Shown here piece after piece: positions 25,894-39,498 of a DNA stretch of 64,000 bases. Position 1 is the first letter of the stretch, and each line of letters opens with the position of its first letter. This DNA comes from Octopus vulgaris (taxonomy: Eukaryota). The stretch covers positions 42,532,001 to 42,596,000 of the forward strand of contig OX597821.1 in the NCBI GenBank assembly GCA_951406725.2, in the 5' to 3' direction. The notes under the pieces were generated by a model. That model was not told the DNA's origin, searched no databases, and saw only the letters and a program-made list of their open reading frames with translations. The position numbers and the translations under genes are program-made.

Positions 25894-26503
25894 TTTCGAT
25901 CTGTCAACGTGTAATCCACTGAGGTAGTGTACCGACCTAACTTTCTGTTCAACTTCCTAATTCTACTTGGTTTCTCAACCTCTTACTCCATTTCTCTTAT
26001 TTAGCTGGCCCTTTCTCTTCCAGATTAACCCTTCAACTTTCTCTCTCTCTCACACAAAGAACAAGAGCGAAGGAACCTTACATTCTACGCTCTTCATAGA
26101 AAATAAACTTTCTCATTGTTCTTACGTATCTATTAACTGATTTTTACTTACTCAGACCATCACCAGTTTTCACAAAATTCAAGAAGCCATTTCGAAATTA
26201 ATACTGTTAATAAGGAATAAGCTATATTAAAAGTTCTTTTAAAACTTAAAAATTAAAAGAGCAAAGGTGTCTTTATAAAATTCAATTTAGTTAAAATTTC
26301 AGTGATACCAAAAATGCTCCATTATTAAACACTTGAATTCTTTATATATTTTCATTATTTTTTTAAACAGTTCCCTTCAAATATAAGTGCATAAGTATAT
26401 GCGTATATATGTATATATATAAATATATTTAGATGCATAAACATATATAAGTATATAAGTATATATATATATATGTATATATAAGTATATATATAAGTAT
26501 ATA

Positions 26504-26551
<48 letters not shown>

Positions 26552-26762
26552 CACACGTGTGTATAAGTACCTATTCACATTGTGTGTGTGTGTGTGTGTA
26601 TCAGCAAAAAAAAAACAAGAGCTGTTAAAGTGGCAAAGGCAAAAGAAGCGTCAATATTTTTGTACGGTTACAGCTGTTTCATAACTTACTCCACGTTATA
26701 TCCTTAACTTTGATGCGTAGGTTAGGTTAATGATGTGACGCTGCACACACACACACACACAC

Positions 26763-26803
<41 letters not shown>

Positions 26804-27028
26804 ATGCATTCATTGTACATATACGTATACACACAACATTAAACAATACATATGCGTAGTCTTATAAAGAAGCTCAAGAGAGAAAATCAATATGTAGGCC
26901 GCATACCGTGAATTCTCCTCTGATGCACAAACAAAATAATTTCCTTTTATACGAGATTTATAGTGGACAAAGCTTGGAAACGAAATTTGTAAACAAATTT
27001 GTAGTCAACGATACGGCGGTTTTTTTAT

Positions 27029-27190
27029 AGGTGCAGGCAAAGTTGTGTATTAAGAAGTTTGTTTCTCAACCTCATGGTTCTCGGTTCAGTCCCACTGCGT
27101 GGTACCTTGGACAAGTGTCTACTGTTATAGCCCCGAGCCGACCAAAGTTTTGCAAGTGGATTTGGTAGACGGAAACTGAAAGAAGCCTAT
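27029..27190 (+). mobile_element. SINE family B 5' part
   Basis: GGTTCAGTCCCACTGCGTGG.ACCTTGG.CAAGTGTC...GGATTTGGTAGACGGAAACTGAAAGAAGCC, shared with the copies at 50595, 57175 and 57581. Confidence 0.75.
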
Positions 27191-27223
27191 GTGTGTCGCA
27201 TACACACACATACACACACGCAC

Positions 27224-27254
<31 letters not shown>

Positions 27255-27328
27255 TGTATGTATGTATGTATGTATGTATGTATGTATGTATGTATGTATG
27301 TATGTATGTATGTATGTATGTATGTATA

Positions 27329-28580
27329 CAGGGTGCGATGGGTAAATTGTCGCCATTTTATATTTTTAATTTTAGGTAGACACATTGCTTTTGATTTTGT
27401 CAACTACACAGTATAGTAGGGTCAATTGGGCACCGCCGTGAGAAAAACAACACCATGACGCAATTCACTCTGCCAGAAATTTGAAAACGATACGCTGTGC
27501 TGGCTGGCATTCGCGGCGGAAGCTCCAATACGAAAATTTCAGAGTGTTTGGGTGTCAATCTGAGGACAGTGCAGACGATTCAGAAAGAGTTGAACCAGTC
27601 TCATGGTGATTACGGAGGTAGAGCAGCTCGGAAAACTCACTCTGGTCGTTCTGATAAGAAAAGAACTCCTGAATTTGTTGATGAGATTGACAACGATCCC
27701 TCCAAGTCAATCAGATCCATCGCTAGGGACATAGGAGTGTCTGAGTTTCTTATTAGGCAGGCAGTGCATGAAGACATTCGGAATTCCTCATGCAAGATGT
27801 GAAAGGGCCAATTTTTATCCCAAGCTATCAAGGACAAGAGGAAACCGCGCTACGAAGCTTTTGAACAAGCTCAAGCACCCCCTGCAACCAAACATACTTT
27901 GGTTTTTCTCAGACGAGAAAAATTTCTGCCAGGATCAGATGATGAACACACAGAACAACCATTGGCTTGCCGAGTCCCCAAAACATGTCACGAGAGTGAA
28001 CAAAATCAAGCATCCAGTCAACATCATGGTGTTTGAAGTGATCACTAGTAATGGCGACGTTATGCCTCCGTTCATATTCCTACACGGCCTCAGACTCAAC
28101 ACGGAGGCCTATATCAAGTGCCTGGAGGAAGTAGTGCTGTCCTGAGTCAAAAGGGTGGCTGATGGAAGACTCTATGTCTGGTAACAGAACTCTGCACCAT
28201 GCCACACAAGCAGGGGAAACCAGTCGTGGGTGTCAGACAATGTCTGCGTCCACATCATTCATAACATTTGGCCACCTAACTTCCTAAACTGCAACCCCCT
28301 TGATTAAAATGTGTGGGGCGCAGTTGAGGGAGAGACCATAAAAACTTCTTGTAACACCAAAGATGAACTGAAGGCAAGGATTATGGCAGCATTCACCAAT
28401 TTAAACAAGGAAACCGTCCAGAAGAGTTGCAGGAGATTTCTAAGTCGTCTGGTGTCAATGGCGATTTTATTGAATAAATTTTTCTCTATATTTTTATGTA
28501 ATTTTGGTAAATATATTTGTTAAAATGAGATGTTAGTGTTATTTTCATTTTTTGCATGATTTGGACGACAATTCACTGCG
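27329..28580 (+). mobile_element. Near full-length Tc1/mariner DD37D (maT-like) transposon, pseudogenised
   Basis: Starts TA|CAGGGTGCGATGGGTAAATTGTCG. HTH region, then FFSDEKNF, then 37 residues counted between the second-D position (N here, D in the 4636 copy) and NPLD. Flanked by (TATG)n. Confidence 0.9.
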
Positions 28581-29853
28581 TATGTATGTATGTATGTATG
28601 TATGTATGTATGTATGTATGTATGTATGTATGTATGTATGTATGTATGAATGTATGTATGTATGTATGTATGTATGTATGTATGTATGTACGCATGTATG
28701 TATGTATGCATGCATGCATGCATAACGACACATCGATCAATCGATCGATGGATCAAACTAAACCCTTCGAAGTGCGTGCCCCAGCGTGACTCCAATCCAA
28801 TTACTGAAAAATTGAAGATAGATTTGTAAAAATTTTCTTTCAAAACAGATTCCTTTTTGAATGTTAAATGTTGACACATCCTAAAAGGTCAATTAGTCAA
28901 TGATAAAAAAAAAAACGAAAATAATTCGCAGCCCAAAGCAACCGTTGGAAACAAGTCAATCGACCATCGACAACATTCGTTGACATAGTCCCCGCCACAT
29001 ACGCACACACAAATAGTTAAAGACAGATTAATAAAAAAAAATAAGACTAGATAAGGAAGATATGACAAAGGCGTGGAATCACATAAATTTGACCATTATA
29101 TTATCGACAATTGTTTAAAATTTTGTCAGTCCTGTTAATATTCATCGCACACAAGATATCAAGGGCATGTATGTATGCATGCATGTATGCATGTATGCAT
29201 GTATGTATGTATGTATGTATGTATGTACGTACGAATGTATGTATGTATGCATGTATGCATGTATGTATGTATGTATGTATGTATGTATGTATTATGCATG
29301 TATGTATGAAAGAAGGTTTGAAAATGCCCCCAAAAAACTGAACCATGACAGACTAGCCCAGAAACAAAAAAATCCTTTTGATTCCAGATTGCTCTTCCTT
29401 CCCCCAACCAACCACCCACAGTATCCCTTAAAATAGCAAACATTCCTTAGCCACACACAAGACAGAAAATGTCAGACAGACAGGTCAGTAATTCTTCTCC
29501 AATTTTTTGTAAATTCTTAAATATATCTCCTGTTTATATACGTATATATACTACCAAACAAACATGATTTTTATTGAACTCATAATACTTATTATAGTCC
29601 CGTTCTGAATACTTTCTTGAATATTTTCTTGTAAACTGTTTTTAACATTTTCTTATTATCAAAGAATGTATATATGTATTTTGCGACAACCAGTACTTGA
29701 CACAACAAAATTTATACAAAGCTTTACATTTTACTTTTGACAATCTTTTTCTAAAAAAGTGAAAGCGGTCTAGTCAATAAACATCTTTATTGCATTTTCA
29801 AACCTTCTTTCATATATATTTTCACTCGTGCGGTACCTTACAACTTTACTTTG

Positions 29854-29908
<55 letters not shown>

Positions 29909-31710
29909 GTTAAAATGAAATAATTTTTATGATAAAAAAAATGCCTTAGTCATGGTGATGACTCAGGCATTTTTTTTATCATAAAAATTATTTGATTTTA
30001 ACCTTGTTCTCATGTTCTTTTAACCTTATTTTTTCTGGTTATATATGTAAGTACTTTGAAGTCATTTACCTTACAAAAAACTATACAGACATGCTAGACT
30101 TTTGTATGTGTTCAAATGGCTGGATGCACATGGTGTCAAATAAATTTCAATATCAGAGGGTAGGATAAGCTGTATGGAGTGCTTAGAAAACTCCGAAATG
30201 GTTGTCTTATACGACTGCTCTACTTAAAGATTAGCAGAATTTTATATCAAAGTAGGTTAAATCAGTACATAAAATATATATATTATTTATTTTGGAGCTA
30301 CATAAAATAGATCGAATTTACGGTTGAGTCAGAGAGCGACAGACAGCTAATAGACAAATGAAGAAACAAAGAGAGGTCATATGTTCATTATATCAGGCGT
30401 TGGACGCTATCAGCCTATGTGGACTAGATCCTACAAATATGAGGAGTTTGCAACATGAAGTACCTAACTCTTACTAGCATAGGGCTAGCATTAAAGCCGC
30501 TGACACTCGTATTTATTCACTCACTCCCACTCAATCTTTCTCTCGATATATTTCTTTTTTATCTACACACAACTAAGAAAATTTTCAAGTCTCTAATACA
30601 CTGCTATTTTTATATTTTTGGAGGCGAGAAAGGAGACCATCCTGTCACATGCCCTATTTCCTGCCCATAAACTTAAGGAAGAACTGCCTGATGCACGTGA
30701 TGTGAAAACATATAAGGTCATGGGTCATGTGACCCATGATATCAGGTGAAGTTTGAAACTTTCAGCCGTAAACCGTTATTCCTCTCAACCTACAGGTAAA
30801 CACAGTTGGACAAAGGAATCTGCACGAAACGTTTAGGCAGGAATTTATAATCATTGTTCCCCCCGACACATCCAATAGACTCAACACACTTCTAATGTAA
30901 AAAGGTTGTTTTATAAAGCAATTCAACAACAAAAGACAATATTGGGTATGATATAAATAACCAATTACATACTAAGCAAGTCTGTTCTGAAATACAAACG
31001 AGTAATTAAAAAAACCACTTACACTTTGCAGAAACAAATATTGTTGACAATTAGGTCAACAAAATTTATATTTGAATAGAGTGATTGTGTATATGTAAAA
31101 GGATACATTTATTTGGGCCAAGTTGTTCTTTACCAACTAGAAAATGGCCGCATTGTTTGTGTAAATCTGAGTGAACTTATACATTGTTATAAACTCACGT
31201 TCACTTTATTCTTCTCCTATATAATTCCTGTTATGTTTTTACAAGATGGTCTTTTGATAAAGCCGTGACGAATTTTTACATGAGGAAATATAAGAACGTG
31301 CAAATGAATGACAATTTTCTTTTCTCTTCCTTTAACTATACAGGACACGAACACGGATATGTTGGTATATGTAGTTTATGTACAGACAGGTAAATGTATA
31401 TTGCGACTTGTAAGATTAGCTACAGGTTGCTTTTGTAAACTATGAGCAGCCAGTCGCGTGTTCTTACAAAGCAAACGGAAATGTACATCCGGATTGTGAC
31501 GTCTAGCCTGTATATTAATGATAATATTAGCATATTTCCATGTCTGTAGGTATAATCAGGGTCGGTTGAAAGTTCGCAAGGAGCGTCACCTGATTTGAGG
31601 CACCACATTACATATCTGGAATCTTTCAAATAAAAGGGAAAATAAAAATAATAAATAAAATAAACACTTTATTCTTATATTTATTAAATTTTAATAAACA
31701 CTTTATTATA

Positions 31711-31902
31711 AACAATTGAAACGTGGAAGGTGTTTACAAGCCATTTAAAAACATACAACAACCGTTAAATTTAAATGTTGAAGTGAATCTAATGGTTTTT
31801 GTGTTTTTAAATGGCTTGTAAACACCTTCCACGCTGCAATTGTTTTTGCTTCAGTACACGATCTCAGATCAGGTCACTCGCTATGCAAATACATCTCCGT
31901 AA
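31711..31902. mobile_element. Fold-back repeat (PLE-type 3' end family), copy 1
   Basis: ~48-bp inverted arms followed by tail ...GATCTCAGATCA...ACATCTCCGTAA, same family as 40797-41154. Confidence 0.7.
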
Positions 31903-32139
31903 GTTTATTATAGCATTTACAGGTTTTACACTTTGCAGAAATTAAGATATATACCTGTAAAGGCATCGAAATTCAGTTAGACCGGGACCCTCCAGTAACT
32001 CTTGGGTCAGTCTTTGATGTATCCTTCTGAGATTCTAATCTAATAAAGAAGAGGGTGTTTGGCGAAAGATATTTGACATAGTCATCGTTGAAATATGGAC
32101 TTCATTCACAGGCCTGTTGGCATCATCTGATTTTACCTC

Positions 32140-32590
32140 TGTAGCGAGTCCTAGGATTCGAACCCTTTTCTCTAAATTATCAGATTAGTTTAATTTATGA
32201 ATCACAACCGAAGCTTTCAATTTTTACAAGTACACTCTATTTATTGATCAATCAGCTTACAGCAGATCACGCCACAAAACCAGAACATCATCTAAAATAT
32301 ATTTAAGATTCGCACGCGTTTTCTCTTGTGATAAGCAGAGCCTGCGAAGATCTAAGCACAAAGGTTCGCGATCACCACAAAGAACACACGACTCACTTCA
32401 AGCAAGCTAGAACAATCTCAAAAGTTGAGAGCAATCAGAGAGCTTACATCTTACTTCTCGCCACAGGCGAGAAAACCAGATTAGAGCCTCTACAAGGTTC
32501 GATGGACTCACGTCTCTTGCTTCCTCGCTCCAGGATAGCTAATGGCTGAGTAAATACCGTTAAAGATACGTTATGCAGCTTCTCGCCACA
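32140..32590 (-). mobile_element. Probable solo LTR
   Basis: Minus strand begins TGTGGCGAG and ends CTCGCTACA (TG..CA, 8/9 inverted match), with an internal AATAAA. No clear TSD. Confidence 0.5.
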
Positions 32591-32844
32591 AGCAAGCCAG
32601 AAATGTGAGTAGATTCAGATAAACTCACATTCAATTTTCCTTTAAGACCAGTTTGTTCCTGTCTTTCGTGTAAGGAATTGATGTCTGTAAAATCTAGACA
32701 CAAAGAAATCATATATCCTAAGTCTCTATACTAATGTGTATCAGAAAATTTATATATGTACATATATGTTTGTCATTTTATAATTAGTTATAAGGAAAAT
32801 AGCTAGTAATACCCGTAGGGATTCCATGGTAAGCACGAAATTTA

Positions 32845-32848
32845 TTAT

Positions 32849-32907
<59 letters not shown>

Positions 32908-33126
32908 CATACATACATACATACATACATACATACATACATACATACATACATACATACATACGTATACGTCTTTCTTCTTTCTCTAACTCCTCTTCCT
33001 CCTTCCCTCTCTCTCACTGTCACTTCACCTCTCAATCATTCCACCTCTCTGACTAACTAAAGCGTAACATATGAACGAACAAACAAGCAGTTCCTCAGTT
33101 ACTGTACATATATACATACACTATAC

Positions 33127-33180
<54 letters not shown>

Positions 33181-33290
33181 ACACATATATATATACATAT
33201 ATATATACATATACATATATACATATATATATACATATACATATATATATATAAACATATATATATATGTGTGTGTGTATATATATATAT

Positions 33291-33345
<55 letters not shown>

Positions 33346-33428
33346 TAGATATAGATACGTATGTATGTATATATATGTTTATATATGTTTATATATGTAT
33401 ATATATATACATACATATATATATACAT

Positions 33429-33521
<93 letters not shown>

Positions 33522-33771
33522 AACGCGGAGTAGATGAAACAGAGCCGACTGAAGAAGGGGAATTTTCCTTGTTTTGTATTGTCCTGTACTCTATTTTTTC
33601 GTTGTTTAAGAAAAATGTCCATTTCCTTGGTTTTGTGTTTATGTTTTCGTTTCTTATTGTGTTCGACGTTTTTTGGGTCTCCTGTACTCATATATGCATG
33701 TATATATACATGTAGAGGTAGGTACGTACATATATGTATGTATATATGCATATGTTTTATTTATTAATTTG

Positions 33772-33826
<55 letters not shown>

Positions 33827-33935
33827 CTTGCTTGCTTAGCCAGCGGGGTGGCGTCATTTGAAGGCTAATACAATGCGAAGCGCATTGTGACCAGCGATGT
33901 GTAGCAACATCTGATAGCCTGGTCGGTCACGTGAT

Positions 33936-33989
<54 letters not shown>

Positions 33990-34015
33990 GTATGTATGTA
34001 TGTATGTATGTATGT
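32845..34015. repeat. Compound microsatellite field with short retroelement 3' ends inserted in (TA)n
   Basis: (GATA)n, (CATA)n, (TA)n and (CA)n. Unique inserts at ~33521-33773 and ~33824-33942, the latter ending in CACGTGAT x2. Confidence 0.8.
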
Positions 34016-34139
34016 TTATAATTCATGTTCAGTTACTTGAAGGAAAGAAAATGAGAGTTGGAAGTTAATAATTATTTATTATTTAAAAAAATTGGTAATC
34101 TTTACTTCTTACAGTCGTTTGTATTAGTGCCCGATAGGT

Positions 34140-34370
34140 AAATATATTCCCAATATAATACGTGGGATGCACTTGGAATTCTCTCAAACAGCATTTTCCA
34201 ATCATTTGTCCTCATTCAGATTCCCGGAAAGGAGATACGTGACATCGCTGGCCAGCCATGCCTGGCAATTAAGAGACGACGGAATACCATACTCGATCGC
34301 ATGGAAAATACTCGAGATCCCAGCCCCCTACATCCACGGAGATTTTCGGGTTATGCTTGCATTTTAGAAG
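34140..34370 (+). mobile_element. Third PLE GIY-YIG relic
   Basis: FSNHLSSFRF..RRYVTSLASHAWQLRD.GIPYSIAWKILE..APY, collinear with the ORF at 16319-17554. Confidence 0.7.
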
Positions 34371-35020
34371 ATTCCTGCTGGCGTTCTGGAATCCGCAAGG
34401 TGACGCCACAGCCGGAAACCAATACCCAAGGCCAAAGGAAGTTCGGGGGACTTTTTGCGCACTAAATCCCCATATTATCCTAATTTACATTTGAAAGGTA
34501 TTTGTAAAAAGTTTAATAAGAAAATACCACCCATCTTTGCTGAAATTTATGAAGAAGCGATATCGGAGCGTGTGAATTATCTGAAACCTCTCTCCGCATC
34601 CACCAACCCCTCCGAGAAAGGCGAGCTCAATACATATTGTAGAAATTTATGAAATTGAAGCTAAAAGTTAGTCATGCGTTTGAAAACTACTGTGCATGAA
34701 ACGCAAGTCACCAGACACGCTTTCAGCTTTGGTTTCAATAGAAAATTACATACATACATACATACTCTTACACACACACACACACACACACATCGTCAAC
34801 CATTCAAGATGATTATCTGTCTAACTGATTGTTAACATGAATTACTCCTAATTGTGTAACCAATTTAGGTGATTCATGGTCGGCATGTTTTTGTATGAAT
34901 TTTTTCCGGAGGCTATTGTTAATCGTAAACTATCTTTTGTTTACAAGTCTTTTATTGATACAACATTACAGAAAATATGTATCTAAGTTGTGGAGTCAAT
35001 TTATTGAAATCGATTAATAT

Positions 35021-36586
35021 TGCTTTCAAATCTTGGCACAGTGTTCAACTGGTACTTATTTTATTGGCTCCCAAAGGATGAGAGACAAAATCACCCTCGG
35101 CGGTATTTGAACTCAACGTAAAAACAGACGAAATGCCGTTAAGTATTTTATCCGGCGTGCAAACGATTCTGCTGACTCGCCACCTCATCAAAATTCATTA
35201 ATATTAATGGTTTGGTTTCGAGTTGTATTTTTCCTTCTTCCTCATTCTTAAAAAAAAAAATTAAATCCCCTCGTTTTATGAAGCCATCTTTCATTCATTA
35301 AGATATCAATAGTGTACTTTCGAAGGCGGCGAGCTGGCAGAAACGTTAGCACGCCGGGCGAAATGCTTAGCTGTATTTCGCCTGCCGTTACGTTCTGAGT
35401 TCAAATTCTGCCGAGGTCGACTTTGTCTTTCATCCTTTCGGGGTCGATAAATTAAGTACCAGTTACGCAGTGGGGTCGATGTAATCGACTTAATCCGTTT
35501 GTCCGTCCTTGTTTGTCCTCTCTGTGTTTAGCCCCTTGTAGGTAGTAAAATAATAGGTATTTCGTCTGCCGTTACGTTCTGAGTTCAAATTCCGCCGAGG
35601 TTGACTTTGCCTTTCATCTTTTCGGGGTCGATTAAATAAGTACCAGTTACGCAGTGAGGTCGATGTAATCAACTTAATCCGTTTGTCTGTCCTTGTTTGT
35701 CCTCTCTGTGTTTAGCCCCTTGTGGGTAGTAAAGAAATAGGTATTTCGTCTGTCTTTACGTTCTGAGTTCAAATTCTACCGAGGTCGACTTTGCCTTTCA
35801 TCTTTTCGGGGGTCAATAAATTAAGTACCAGTTGTGTACTGAGGTCGATCTAATCGACTGCCCCCCCTCCCCCAAAATTTCGGGCCTTGTGCCTAGAGTA
35901 GAAAAGAATAGTATACTTTCGAGAAATATTCTGAGTTAAGAAGTTCAATTCGAGACCAAGAGGTTCATGGGTACGATCCCATTGCTCAACACCTTGGTGT
36001 CTTCTACTCTCGCCTTGACCTGATCAAAACTTTGTGAGAGGAATTTGGTAGATTCATATATATATACACCTGCGCTTATGTGGAATCGACAGATTCGGAC
36101 GTCAAAGCGCACAGCTGCTTGCACATATAATTATTATATAATATACAATATTGGTTTCAAATTTTGGCTCAAGGTCAGCAATTTAGAGGGAGAGAGTAAG
36201 ACCGTTACATCGACCTCAGTATTCAAGTGGTACTTTTTTTATCGACCCCAAAATGATGAAAGAAAAGGTCGACCTCGGTAGAATTTGAACTCAGAATGTA
36301 CAGACGGACGAAATATCGCTAAGTATTTTGCCCGGTGCGATAACAATTCTGCCAGCTTGCCATCTTAATCGTAATAGTTTAAAATTTTGGCACAAGGCCA
36401 GCAAGTTCGGGTAAGTAGGTAAATCGATTACATCGACCTCAATACTAACTGGTACTTACTTTATTGATCCTGAAAGGGATGAAAGGCAAAGTCGACCGTG
36501 GCAGAATTTGAACTCAGAATGTAAAGACGGACGAAACGTTGCTAAGCATTTTGCCCGGCGCGGTAACGATTCTGCCACCTCGCCGT
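35021..36586. mobile_element. Cluster of tRNA-derived SINE family A (one minus copy, a plus-strand tandem trimer, two minus copies)
   Basis: Head GGCGGCGAGCTGGCAGAA..., B-box-like GAGTTCAAATTC, and core GTCGACTTTGCCTTTCATCCTTTCGGGGTCGATAAA.TAAGTACCAG. Confidence 0.85.
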
Positions 36587-37889
36587 CTTTGACCCCATAA
36601 ATATTAAATATTAATATTAATATGACAAAAAGATAATAGCGGAATAGATTAGGAGTGGGGATAGGGGTTGGTGTATGGTGCACGTTTATTAAGCTTGAAT
36701 GTGTATATGTGTGCGTGTGTATGCAAGCGTATGTGTATATGTTTGGCGTGTTATTGGGAATGACCGATTGGTGTACTTTGTGGGATTAAAATGTCTGTAA
36801 GTCCTATAGGTTCTATGAATACAAGGAGTAATCCGATCCGTGATTCCATTCAACAGAATGTTTTTTGGGGGAAAAAAGATTTCCAAACTTCCTTGAAGGC
36901 ACAAGTTGCGTGGCTTTCCGTTTCCAGAATAGGATTTACCTCTGGTGAGGATGTTCTATGGATGTCGTAAGGTAAAGACTTGTTTATTAAATCATAAATA
37001 TCGTTAGCTATAGATGTTTGGTTAGACCTGTTGGGATGTTTAAAGGAACAATTGTAAGAAAACTAATAGCTAACAGAAATTAACAGACCTTGACTTCAAT
37101 GTTGTTAATTTCAACCGTTATATAATACAGCGACCACTCATTATCTTCTAAGGAACATTGATGGAACGTGACACGGTTGGTAATGAAAAATTTTTTTTTA
37201 ATTATAAAAACTGCACTAATGGAATTTGATGTATTAAGGGGAGCTTTGCAGGGCTGGTTTATTGTATTTATGAAGAAGATAAAGTCGAAAATCCAGGGGG
37301 AAATTGAAAAACCGAACAAAGATTGGATAAATAAGGATTAAAATTTTGAAACGGAAACATTGGAGGAAATATTTTGAGCGACCTAAATTCCCTATCTTCA
37401 TGTTTTGGAGTGGTATAAGTTGATTTTTTTTTTTGTACTATAAAAGCAAAGTAAGAGCTAGCTAGTTGTGATATGGGTATGACACTTGTGAAGATGGATT
37501 AAGGCCAATCATTTAATCCCTGGTTGCTTTGCTTACCCTTTGTGAAAAGTAGGATTACAGGTTGATTAGCTGTGAACTATACGCAGTCCTTTTGAACTAC
37601 GTATACAGTAAGAGTTCGTTAGTAACGGTAAAGAAAATAAAACATTGTGATAAGGCTGAAAATTAAGAAATCTTAGAAACCACATTGTCCTGCATGCATT
37701 AAAATAAAAACAAGATAGATACGGCTGGGATACTCTCCTCTTTTAGAACTTATATAGGGCTAAACAGCAAAAATAACAGCAGCAACAACAACAACAACAC
37801 CAGCAACAACAACAGCCATATAACATAAGACTTGTATATTTAGCTTTGCTCTACAATAACTTTGGATTTAAACTGAGATAACATCCAGG

Positions 37890-38304
37890 GGATCTTTTCG
37901 GTTTGAACGGCAGTTTTTTCTAGCGGTGTCATATGAAATTGTCACCCATAATTATGACCCTAGTATCGATCTATTGCATTTCAATCTGTTTTAGGGTTAG
38001 GGTTAGGGGTGGGGGGAAGGGTATCTTTTTTTCTTCACAAATGTAAATAAACCCAATCTGTTTCTTAAACGAGGGACATTCATACGGCACAGAATGTTTT
38101 TTACCTCAATGGACGTCGTCATTGATTGGTTGAAATTGCAGAAATTGAAGAAAAAAAACAAATATCTTACAAACTATAGAATTTTCTCAATAAAGCCAAG
38201 AGAAAAAGATGTTTTATAAACACATTCTACCAGTATACGAAGTTTAAAATTTTTTAGTTACCTAGATATTATGTTAAAACTTGCCGTTCAAACCGAAGAG
38301 ATCC
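37890..38304. mobile_element. MITE with GGATC TIRs, 8-bp TSD and internal TTAGGG repeats
   Basis: TIRs GGATCTTTTCGGTTTGAACGGCA / TGCCGTTCAAACCGAAGAGATCC; TSD CATCCAGG/CGTCCAGG; TTAGGG x3 near 37991-38008. Confidence 0.85.
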
Positions 38305-39498
38305 CGTCCAGGTATAGCAAACAGGATCGTAATTTTGGTGTTATTTGGCGTCATGTCAAAGTCCCAGACGTTCTTTTAATTAAAATACAATAAAGTATCT
38401 ATTCCTTCTCATTACGTTCTGGCAGATTTGAACATGAATAAGTTGATCGCTGTTGTTTTTCGTCATCGAAAAGCATCTCCTCCCTTTAGACGATGTGCGT
38501 TTATAACACGCACTATCCATTGATGTAAGAGACTTTGAGACGCCATACTGTTTCGATTTTATTGTGTCTTCTTAGTCAAAGCTACTATCGAATGAATTAA
38601 TCTAATACGATTACTGACTTTTGTTTATAGAAATCAGCAAACAAATTATTTGCTGATGTGTGCTGATGTCTTCCAAGCAGATAATAACTCATGCGATGAA
38701 TGCAGAACAGCGAGAATCTATGCACTAACAAATCTATTCGTTCTCAATACGTTCGGACAAATTCGAACAGGAATAAGCTGTTAGATTTGTTGATCCGGTG
38801 GTAGCTATAGAAAAACTATAAAATAGAAACGCCTTACATCAATGAATCGTATTTATTATGAACACATATCGTCTAAAGAGAGATTTTCTCCGATAACGAA
38901 ATACAACAGTGATCAGCATTTTCACGTTTGAATCTGCAAGAAAGTGTTAAAAATAAATAGACACCTTATTCCTTGGATTTTCGATGATTCATGTGTAACT
39001 TCTGAATTATTATACTTTTATAGATATCCAGAATTAATCACCCTGTGAATAAAATGCAGCATTTCCTTAAAACAACATTTAACACTTAAATTAATTCTGT
39101 TACTGGCAAATTGTGGTTCAAGGAAGGGCCTGCCTTAATTGAGATGTTTCATATACGCTCGTGCAACTTATAAAATAAATCTTAATTTTGGCAGGACCTT
39201 TTATAGAACCACCACTTGCCAGTAACAGAAACCTCAACCTTGTGTTTATAAGAAGGAGGCTGAATTTTGACATTTTTTGGAGATGGAGGCAGTGTTTTAC
39301 AACCTGTTATAGTGTACCGCATAGTTTTTTTCCTAATAATATATGTAATTATACAATATGTAATATGTATTCCAGTTAAAACTGACATGCATCATTTTTC
39401 TAGTTGAAGCTTGTTAATCTCCATCCAATCTCTACCAGATTCCATCCACTTAATACAAATAGCTTTTTTGTCAATTAACCTTTGTCACGCCTTGAAGT

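Noticed and set aside
33521-33630. GAAAC...CTGAAGA as a possible hammerhead in a (TA)n-flanked insert
   Set aside because: I could not build stems I and III in any permutation.
35323-35420. tRNA gene
   Set aside because: Only A/B-box-like motifs in a SINE head; no cloverleaf, and it continues into the multicopy SINE core.
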